In this document: positions 50,537-64,000 of the stretch, in pieces | Numbering within the stretch: the stretch's first letter is position 1 | Layout: every line of letters begins with the position of its first letter | Source: the human T2T-CHM13v2.0 reference genome, Homo sapiens | Length of the DNA: 64,000 bases | Assembly: GCF_009914755.1 (NCBI RefSeq) | Contig: NC_060926.1 | Direction: 5' to 3' (one strand) | Made by a program: the position numbers and the translations under genes | The notes under the pieces: model-generated | What the model was told of the DNA's origin: nothing | The model's database searches: none | The model's input: the letters and a program-made list of their open reading frames with translations, nothing else

Positions 50537-52065
50537 TGTGTCCAGAATTGGTGGGTTCTTGGTCTCACTGACTTCAAGAATGAAGCCGCGGACCCTCACG
50601 GTGAGTGTTACAGCTCTTAAGGTGGCGCGTCTGGAGTTTATTCCTTCCAATGTTCGGATGTGTTTGGAGTTTCTTCCTTCTGGTGGGTTCTTGGTCTTGC
50701 TGGCTCAGGAGTGAAGCTGCAGACCTTTGCGGTGAGTGTTACAGCTCTTAAGGCCGCGCGTCTGGAGTTGTTCGTTCCTCCCCCTGGGCTCGTGGCCTGG
50801 CTGGCTTCAGGAGTGAAGCTCCAGACCTTCGCAGTGAGTGTTACAGCTCATAAAAGTAGTGTGGACCCAAACAGTGAGCAGTAGCAAGATTTATTGCAAA
50901 GAGGCAGTGTGGAAGGGGACCCCAGCGGGTTGCCACTGCTGGTTCCGGCAGCCTGCTTTTATTCTCTTATCTGGCCCCACCCACATCCTGCTGATTGGTA
51001 GAGCCGAGTGGTCTGTTTTGACAGGCGCTGATTGGTGCGTTTACAATCCCCGAGCTAGACACAAAGGTTCTCCACCTCCCCACTAGATTAGCTAGATACA
51101 GCACGTCAACACAAAGGTTCTCCAAGTCCCCACCAGAGTAGCTAGATACAGAGTGTCGATTGGTGCATTCAGAAATCCTGGGCTAGACACAGGGTGCTGA
51201 TTGGTGTGCTTACAAACCTTGAGCTAGATACAGAGTGCCGATTGGTGTATTTACAATCCCTGAGCTAGACATAAAGGTTCTCCAAGGCCCCACCAGAGTA
51301 GCTAGATACAGAGTGTCGACTGGTGCATTCACAAACCCTGAGCTAGACACAGGGTGCTGATTGGTGTATTTACAATCCCTGAGCTAGACATAAAGGTTCT
51401 CCACGTCCCCGCCAGACTCAGGAGCCCAGCTGGCTTCACCCACTGGATCCTGCATGGGGGCTGCAGGTGGAGCTGCCTGCCAGTCCCACGCCGTGTGCAC
51501 GCACTCCTCAGCCCTTGGCTGGTCGATGGGACTGGGCGCCGTGGAGCAGGGGGCGGCGCTCATGGGGGAGGCTCGGGCCGCACAGGAGCCCATGGAGTGG
51601 GTGGGAGGCTCAGGCATGACAGGCTGCAGGTCCCGAGCCGTGCCCCACGGGAAGGCAGCTAAGGCCGGGCGAGAAATCGAGCACAGCGCCAGTGGGCTGG
51701 CACTGCTGGGGGACCCAGTACACCCTCTGCAGCCACTGGCCCGGGTGCTAAGCCACTCACTGCCCAGGCCGGCAGGGCCAGCCGGTTGCTCCGAGTGTGG
51801 GGCCCGCCAAGCCCACGCCTACCCGGAACTCCAGCTGGCCCGCAAGCGCGGCGCACAGCCCTGGTTCCTGCTGGCACCTCTCCCTCCACACCTCCCTGCA
51901 AGCTGAGGGAGCCGGCTCCGGCCTTGGCCAGCCCAGAAAGGGGCTCCCACAGTGCAGCGGTGGGCCGAAGGGCTCCTCAAGTGCTGCCAAAGTGGGAGCC
52001 CAGGCAGAGGAGGCGCCAAGAACGAGCGAGGGCTGTGAGGACTGCCAGCACGCTGTCACCTTTCA
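50537..52065 (-). mobile_element. Solo LTR12C (ERV9)
   Basis: Minus strand starts tgaaaggtgacagcgtgctggcagtcc and ends gaccaagaacccaccaattctggacaca. Exact 4-bp TSD ACAT (50533-50536 and 52066-52069). Tandem ~40-50-bp CCAAT-containing enhancer repeats at 50990-51400 and a GC-rich U3. Confidence 0.92.
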
Positions 52066-52354
52066 ACATGATGGCTATGGGTCATTGGGAACAGTGAGGC
52101 AAGTTTCTTGAACAGCTTTGGCAAGCAAGTTGTAAGTCTTGAGAAATAAACTATTTTAGTTGGTTCACTCCCAGAGCAAGTGTTTCCTGGAGTAAGTACT
52201 AAGTTCTTTTTTCCTGATTCCAGTAATGTGTAGTACAAGGACAGGAAGGTATTTTGGTATCAGTTATCCCAGCTGAGTGCAGAGGACCACACTCAACCAT
52301 ACTGGAGCAGGTCAAAAGGCTTTAGGAGGCACATGTTAAAGATGGTGAAATTGG

Positions 52355-55711
<3,357 letters not shown>

Positions 55712-55979
55712 AGTTTGTACAATTAGTTTATAATCCTCCCTAGATTTTTATTATGTCTTCTTTCTCATTCCTATTAACCTATATTTTTGTATTGTCTATT
55801 CCTAAAGATGGGCACGTATCTTATTTTTAAGCATCTTTAATTACTAAGATGTTTAGGTTTATAATATTTATTGTATTGTACATTAAACGTTCCCTGTGTC
55901 CCATAGATTTTGGCATGTAATGTCTAACCTTTCATTGTTTCTAGACAGCTTATAATTTTCCATTGCAGGATCCAACTAA

Positions 55980-57320
55980 AACAGTACTTAGAGCAAAATT
56001 TACAATGCTGGGTGCCTATAAAAGAAAAGAAGAAAGGTCTCAAATCACTTACTTCAACTTCCACCTTTAAAAACCAGAAAAAGAAGAGCATGGCTAGGCA
56101 CAGCGGCTCATGCCTGTAATCCCAGCACTTTGGGAGGACGAGGCAGATGGATCACTTGAGGTCAGGAGTTGGAGACCAGCCTGGCCAACATGGTGAAATC
56201 CTGTCTCTACTAAAAATACAAAAGTTAGCCAGGCATGATGTCGCCCTGTAGTCCCAGCTACTCAGGAGGCTGAGGCATGAGAATCGCTTGAACCCAGAAG
56301 GTAGAAGTTGCAGTGAGCCAAGATCCCACCACTGCACTCCAGCCTGGGCAGCAGAGAAAGACTCTGTCGAAAAGAAAAGAAAAGAAGGAAGGAAAAATAA
56401 AGGAAGGAAGGAAAGAAGGAAGGAAGGAAGGGAGGGGGGGAGGAATAGAAAAAGAAGAGCAAATTAAACCCAAGGTAAGACGAGAGAAGGAAATAATGAA
56501 GATCAGAGTGAAAGTCAGTACAATAGAAAACAGAAAAATAATAGAGACAATCAATGAAATCAAAGTCTCGTACTTTGAGATCAATATAATTGATAAACCA
56601 CTCATCAGACATTATCACACAGTTATTGAGAAGTTTCTGTGAGTCTAGAATCTGAATGTGACCTCAAGGTGTGCAGTCAAGGTGTCAGCTGAAGGCTCAA
56701 CTAAGAGAGAATGTACTTTTTTTTCTTTTTTTTTTTTTTTTGAGACTGAGTCTCACTGTATTGCCCAGGCTGGAGTGTGGTGGCACAATCTCCGCTCACT
56801 GCAACCTCTGCCTCCTGGGATTGATTCCCCATCTCAATGAATGATTCCCCATCTCAGCCTCCTGAGTAGCTGGGATTACAGGCGTGTGCCACCATACCCA
56901 GCTAATTTTTGTATTTTTAGTAGAGACGGGTTTTCATCATGTTGGCCAGGTTGGTCTCGAACTCCTGACCTCATGTGATCCACCAGCCTCGGCCTCCCAA
57001 AGTGCTGGCATTACAGGCGTGAGCCACCGCACCCAGCCTGAGAGAGAATGTACTTCTAAGCTCATGGGGTTGTTGGCAGGACTCAGTTATTCCCAGGCAA
57101 TTGGACTGAAGGCCTGAGCTCCTCACTGTGGGCTGGAAACCTCCCTCAGTTCTTGGCCACACGCACCTCTCCATGGGGCAGTCCACAACATGTCAGCTGG
57201 CTAGAGCAAGCCAGCAAGTGTGGGAGTGGAACAACACCAGCAAGACAGAAGCCAGAGTCTTTATGCAACCAAATCTCAGCAGTAATATCTCATCGCCAGT
57301 GTCACATTCTGTTGGTTAAC
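55980..57320. mobile_element. L1 ORF2 fragment (55980-56605) with an Alu (56092-56400 +), then a MaLR (MLT1-like) fragment with an Alu (56716-57038 -, TSD gagagaatgtactt)
   Basis: L1 motifs aaaagaagagcaaattaaacccaagg and aatcaatgaaatcaaagtc; MLT1-like gtgcagtcaaggtgtcagctg, ctgaaggcctgagctcc and cacattctgttgg. Confidence 0.6.
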
Positions 57321-60300
57321 TGGATGATCAAAATAAGACTTTCATGCATAAAAAATATATAAAATTTGTAAAGTTATGTGGGAGAGTTGGAATGGAAGTT
57401 AAATTTCAATAGGTAAAATGCACAAGGTACAATTTCTGACCCTTAATGAAGAGCTTGTTTATGGTATTTTATTTTATTATTTATTTATTTATTTATTTAT
57501 GAGACAGAGTCTCACTCTGCCGCCCAGGCTGTAGTGCAGTGGCGTGATCTCCGGCTCACTGCAACCTCCACCTCCCAGGCTCAAGTGATTCTTTTGCCTC
57601 AGCCTCCTGAATAGCTGGGATTACAGGCGCCCGCCACTACCCTTGGCTAATTTTTATATTTTTAGTAGAGATGGGCCTATGGTAATTTGTAAGTGGATAA
57701 TGGAGGGTTTCAAATTGCTATTGTATTAATATTCTACTATACATGTAAAAAGACTGATGAGACAGTTTTGTTTTAAAATGTCAGTGTTTACAGTACCCCA
57801 GAAATTATATACTTCATAATTATTTGAACTTGTGATAAAACAATTTTTTGTCACATTTGTTAAAATGAGAAAGGAGGCACACAATTTTTTCCTAGTAATT
57901 TTATGAGGTGTGCAAGTCTATAACTTTGAAGCCACTGCTCCAAACCACCATGCCATGTTGCCTGGTTGTCTTGAAGGGTATGGCCGGGCTGTTGTCTACA
58001 CAACAAACATCTTAACTTCCTAAAATAGTCCTTGGCCCATCTGCTCCCCAAAGTTTGCACAGCAGTTACTCCAGCGTCTCTCTCATTGGGCCCCTCGTTG
58101 TGACTCCTGCACACAGTGTTCCTCTCTTGTTCTCCAGCTCAGCGGCCCCTGCACTCTGCTCCTGACTTCTGTCCCTCAGGGCGCCCCTGAGAGGCAGGGC
58201 CTGGTGTCCCATTCTGACAGCTTCTCTCCCGCGGGAGTAGCCCCTGAAGTCCTGCACAATGACATTTCTCATTTTATTTCATGTGGATTGGGGAGTCTTG
58301 ATGCCTCATAGAATTGCTATTTACTGGACTGCAGAGTATGCCATTAGTCTGCACAAAGAGACATTACAAGAAAGAAAACACTATTTGAAATGTGTTCCTT
58401 ATTTATCATAGGGGTGCTGTGGAGAACACTTTTTTTTTTTTTTTTTTTTTTTTTTTGAGACAGTCTCACTCTGTTGCCCAGGCCAGAGTGCAGTGGCACA
58501 ATCTTGGCTCACTGCAACCTCCACCTCCTGGATTCCAATGATTCTCCTGCCTCCGCACCCAGCTGTTGAGAACATTTTCTATAAGCTCAAATTGTCTTCT
58601 TTATGGGAACCTGAGGAAAATACTCTCTCAGCTCTACTGGGTAGAGTTGGCTTGTCTTAGACAACAAGCTAACTTTTATCTTTAGGAACCCATTAAATTT
58701 GGAATTAATTGTGCTCCTGTATCTGGCTACTAAGATCAGAGACAAATGTATGGCTGTCCTTTGGAAATTGCACAGGCACTGATAAAGTATGTTACTTGAC
58801 TATCATACCCTAAATTTCTATTTACTGTGACATCTAAAATCTATTTAATTGTTGCATTGTATGTATCTTTGTAATGTACATACATACATAGTGTTGCCCT
58901 CAAATGACGAAATGTTGTATAAAATGCATTCAGAGCCAAAAGCGAGTGAAATGTTGAACTGCATTTTCCATTGTCTTCTGCTGCAGTTCATATTAAGCTG
59001 TGTTGCAGAAATGAGTACTGACTGAGAAGCCCAGCACTTTAACTGCCAAGAGTCTTGGAAGCGACATTTACTTTGGTCTGTCTCCCAACCTGCTAGCTCA
59101 AAAGACAGATTTGGGCATAGCCTGACTGATTTTGTCTTATGGGGTAGATTCACATTAACCAAACTCATTAGAGATGGATATATAAGCCAGAATTTCATAT
59201 TATGAGTTTATAATGAAAGATGTATCTGTCAAGTAAACCTCAAATGCTGGCACTGACATGTTTGATGAAGATGGAATGATAACAAAGGGAGTTAATATCA
59301 TGCCCAACAACAGGAATACAAAAACCCCAGGGCCCAGGACACACACATGGGATGGTGTGCTCAGGGATGGTGGTTAGAAAGGTCCTGCCAACCTCCAGCT
59401 CTCTGGGCATCTCTCTTCTGGCTCCCAGTGGATTGACCTTAATATGTCCCTTTAGTCTCATTCCAAAAGATTAAATTTTTAGTTGATAAATTATGTCTAC
59501 ATTGCTGTCTTCCACTTTGAGCCTCAGTCTCTATTCTCATCACCTTAACAGGAGTTTGGGGATAATGACTTAGTCAAACATTTGAAAACAATCTCTTGGT
59601 TTATTCCCTGAAAAGGATCACCAATCACTTCCATTCCTTGTAGCTGTTCCATGTGTACCCGGCAGAGGGCGACCCTACTTCCCTCATCCCCAGGTTCTCA
59701 GGAGGCACTTCTTGGAACCTCAGCAAAAACATGGCAGCCGTCTTCCCTTACTAAAACTATTTCTTGTTGTTTATAAAAATCTAGAATAAATTTGGCTTTT
59801 AAATAACTAAGGTTTAAATTAAAACTGAGAGGTAGCTTTCTGAATACAATATGCATTTTAAAATAAAATATATGTCCAATGGGTGAAAGGCACAGCACTA
59901 ACAGCTATTCTGGCTTAAAACTCAGCAGATTCATATGATCTATACTAGCACACCTATAGTGCTGGTAATCTGTGTCACATTTATAGGTCACCTTGAGACA
60001 CAGAAACCTGTTGTTTCTGTAACCTCCAGGTGAATATGGTTGTCTGACTGAAGAGGACATATAAATTCATAAAGCTCTCAGTTCATCTTGATAATTTTAT
60101 AGCTGCTTCAACATTTCTGAGACAGGTAACTTGGAATACATTTTGGCAGAGATATAGGAAAAAAAGTTTACTCTCTTACCCCAGACTCCAAGGATACTTT
60201 TCAAGACTAGATCTCTTTCATTAAAATGTTACTTCTGGAGGCCATGGAGGGTGGATAACTGTGCCCGCCACCATGCCCAGCTAATTTTTTTGGATTTTTA

Positions 60301-61099
60301 GTAGAGAAGGGGTTTCACCGTGTTAGCCAGGATGATCTCGATTTCTTGACCTCGTGATCCGCCCGCCTAGGCCTCCAAAAGTGCTGGGATTATAGGCGTG
60401 AGCCACTGCGCCCGAGTTAGTCAGCCATGAGTACTTGGTCTTCTGTTCTGTATTTGATACTAATTAGAGCTTCCTCACGTAATTTTGAGGGTTTTTGTCT
60501 CATTTTTATGGTCAACTGTACTTTATTGGAATGCTTTCAGTTTCAAGTTACCAAAACCTCAACTCGAACTGACTTCAAAAAATAAAGAAATTAGCCCATA
60601 TAAAAAGCAGTTCAGAGAGGGTGATTTCAGGACTGAATAATCCAGCAGATTAAAATGCCATTGAAATCCTGATCTAACATGTAAGGACTTCAAAGATGCC
60701 ATTCCATCCTAGTACGTCAAAAGCTGGACAAACTGAAAAATAAACAACTCTTCTCAGGTCTGTCAGGGAAGTGAGGTCACAGGGCAAACTGTTGCCCCCA
60801 GACAGAGAAACAGACAGCTGGACACAGAGAACCACAATTTACTGGGGAGGAAACTCACAAGCAGAAAGCTTTGTGGGAACCATTCCAGGGCAGGAAAGCT
60901 GCCCTGTAATTGACAAATCGTTTGTGGTTCTGTATGGACAAGTCTATGAGTTAAAAACTCCAACATGACTCAGTCATAGCCCCCACCCCCACTGCTCTCT
61001 TGTGACTTTTTCCTCTGGGACCTCTACCAGGTTCTTCCAGTGCATAGCAGAAAAATCCCTTCTGGCTTCCAGCAGAAAGAGTGGGAAGTAACCATTTAA

Positions 61100-61339
<240 letters not shown>

Positions 61340-61972
61340 TGAGCTTCTGACCTCGTGATCCGCCCGCCTCGGCCTCCCAAAGTGCTGGGATTACAGGTGT
61401 GAGCCACCGCGACTGGCATTCTGTTCTTTCTTAAAAGGCCTGTCCTCAAGATAAACTAGTTTACCAGAGCCTAACCTATTGGTGTTTTATCTGGGTCTAA
61501 CTTACCTAGGGGAAGGGATACCCAACTTCAGCCCCCCATCCCACCTAAGGTGGGGAAAAACTGACAGGCACTTCAAAATTTATAGCTTAGGTACACAGGG
61601 TCACTAAAAGACTGACTTAATCGTAGGACTATGACCCATCAAGCACATACAAACACATTAGTAATAAAGACCTATTTACCAGAGTTCCTTTTCACCCAGC
61701 CCATTATGTCCAATTCTCAATAAAAAATTACAATGCACACTAAAAGGCAAAAAACACAGTTTGAAGAGACAGAGCAAGCATGGAACCAGACTTAGACATG
61801 CAAAGGATGTTGGAATGATCAGACTGGGAATTTAAAACAACTTTAATTGCTTAATTAAATTAATATGCTAAGGGCTCTAATGAAAAAATTGGACAAACTG
61901 CAAGAACAGATAGATAATGTAAGCAGAGAGATATAAATTCTAAGAAAGAATGAAAAAGAAATGCTAGGTATC

Positions 61973-62383
61973 TGCTATGGTTTGGGTATTTGTCTCCTCC
62001 AAATCTCAAGTTGAAATGTGACCCCCAGTTGTTGGAGGTGGGCCTGGTGGGAGGTATACGGATCCTGGGGGTGGGTGCCTCATGAATGGCGTAGCACCAT
62101 CCCCTTGGTGATGAGTGAGTTCATGAGAGATCTCATTGTTTAAATGTGTGTGGCACCGCCCTCCTTGCTTTCTTGCTCCTGCTCTTACCACGTGACATTC
62201 CTGCTCCAACTTCACCTTCTGCCAAGTGTAAAACTTTCCTGAGGCCCTCACCAGAAGCCAAGCAGATGCCAGCACCACACTTCCTGTAAAGGCTACAGAA
62301 CTATGAGCTAATTAACTCTCTTTTCTTTATAAATTACTCAGCCTGAGGTATTCTTTATAGTAATGCAAAGACAGCCTAACACA
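61973..62383 (+). mobile_element. MaLR solo LTR (MSTB-like)
   Basis: tgctatggtttg...ggaggtggggcctggtgggagg...tttctttataaattactcagcctgaggtattctttatagtaatgcaaagacagcctaacaca. Confidence 0.8.
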
Positions 62384-62435
62384 CAATCAAAACTGCTATA
62401 AACAACAATGAAGAATGCCTTTGATGAGCTCAAGG

Positions 62436-63368
62436 TGATAGTGACAGCAGGCAGCCAAATTCCTGGGCAGATAGGGGTGGATCTCCAGTGAAACCCCACC
62501 TCCAAGCTGAAGACAGTTGAAAGCCTGAAAGCCAAGCTACAGGTTAAATCCTCGGAACGGATTGAGAAATCATCTTCCTGTTTGGCATGCTTTCCTCTGA
62601 TTGGGCCCCACCCTTCACCTATTTTACATATACCTATCCTTTTCTAATAGGTTTTCTACACTGTCATGCCCACCTTTGAGTGGAGGCTTCACTTTAACCT
62701 TTCTTGCATACACACAAACCAATCAGCATCCACCCCCCTTCCTGTGCCTATAAAGACCCCAGACTCAGTTGGAAGAGGAGGAGATGGCCTGACTTTGGGG
62801 AAAAGATGACTTAACTCCAGGGAAGACGACCTGCCCTTCCCATCTCCTCTCCAGCTCCCCTCTCTATTGAGAGCAGTTTTCATCACTCAATAAAATTCTC
62901 TGCCTTCACCTTCCTTCATTTGCATGATCTCATTCTTTTTGGAAACCAGACAAATGCTCAGGACCCATGGAATTCAAGTCCCCAGAAAGGCTGTCACATC
63001 AGCCCTTTGTGCTTGTCAGTGCAGGGCAGCCACCCCACACAACAAGGCAAGGGGCCAACTGAGCTGCTAATACACCACCGTCCGCAGTGCAGAACTAAAG
63101 GAGCACTGTAACACTTCCTTGGGACTTCAGGAAGGAAGGTTGTGGGCACCCTCACCTGGGTGCCACCATGTTCCCCTCAAGGCGACACGCCTGGTCTGTG
63201 CAGGCCCTGCACAGAGATTGCTCCTGTGTCAGTGCCTGAAGCAGCCAGCCAGAGCCTGCACTCACTCTCTCATGTTCTCCCTCCCACAAGGGGTTGAGCA
63301 TGGTGGGCGGAGTAGATGGGCACCCCTTCCATGAGTCCAGCAAAGGGGCTGAGAAAAATCCTGCATCA
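62436..63368 (+). mobile_element. ERV1 solo LTR (LTR27/LTR28/MER50-type; subfamily uncertain)
   Basis: TG...CA termini, exact 4-bp TSD AAGG (62432-62435 and 63369-63372), CCAAT (aaccaatcagc), TATA (cctataaaga) and AATAAA. Confidence 0.75.
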
Positions 63369-63574
63369 AAGGTAACCTGAACATGGCTGAGGAAAGAATT
63401 TCTGAACTTGAGGATAAGTCAATAGAAATTTCCAAAACTAAATAGACATTTCTCAGAAGAAGACATACAAACGGCCAACTGGTATATGAAAAAACGCCCA
63501 ACATCACTAATCATCAGGAAATGCAAATCAAAACCACAGAGATATCATCTCATACCTATTAAAATGGCTATTAT

Positions 63575-64000
63575 TGGCTGGGCATGGTGGCTCACACATG
63601 TAATCCCAGCACTTTGGGAGGCTGAGGTGGGCAGATCACTTGAGGTGAGAGTTCAAGACTAGCCTGGCCAACATGGTGAAACCCTGTCCTTACTAAAAAT
63701 ACTAAAAATACAACAATTTACCAGGCATGGTGGTGCATGCCTATAATCCCAGCTACTCGGTCCCAGCTACTGAAGCAAGAGAATCGCTTGAACCCAGGAG
63801 GTGGAGGTGGCAGTGAGCTGAGTTATCGCTCCAGCCTGGGTGACAGATTGAGATTCTGTCTTAAAAAAAAAAAAAAAAAAAAGCCAGGCCTAGTGGCTCA
63901 CACCTGTAATCCCAGCACTTCGGGAGGCCGAGATGGCTAGATCATTTGAGGTCAGGAGTTCGAGACCAGCCTGGGCAACATAGTGAAACCCCATCTCTAC
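63575..64000 (+). mobile_element. Two tandem Alus (the second runs off the window edge)
   Basis: Alu motifs separated by poly-A at 63863-63882. Confidence 0.85.

Noticed and set aside
51354-52111. Cluster of 100-150-aa ORFs on both strands
   Set aside because: They lie in the GC-rich U3 of LTR12C.

Overview
Primate, very probably human, genomic DNA around NAGK (N-acetylglucosamine kinase; human 2p13.3). No prokaryotic or CRISPR content. From left to right: (1) 1-13.3 kb is a SATR1/SATR2 satellite block with inversions, AT-rich spacers and GC-rich variant units, interrupted by a defective HERV-E-like provirus (LTR2-type 5' LTR, gag, pro-pol; no env or 3' LTR). (2) An OR7E-family olfactory receptor pseudogene at 14.2-15.2 kb; the satellite plus OR7E arrangement is typical of the 7E segmental duplications. 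(3) The complete 10-exon NAGK CDS on + (27713-37537; exon lengths sum to 1035 nt = 344 aa + stop) with a CpG-island promoter and an in-frame upstream ATG. (4) A repeat-dense downstream region with a two-LTR HERV-H provirus and a solo LTR12C, both on - with exact TSDs, plus other LTRs, L1 fragments and many Alus. The most unusual observation is that the HERV-E primer-binding site is not the normal 18 nt. It is the complement of an entire tRNA-Glu(CTC), including CCA, joined directly to mid-gag. This looks like a fossil of reverse transcriptase reading through its whole primer tRNA, and it leaves a Pol III promoter pointing antisense into the LTR. The satellite units also show compensatory base changes that preserve hairpin stems. 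Repeat-family names come from recognition by eye, not from a RepeatMasker/Dfam run.
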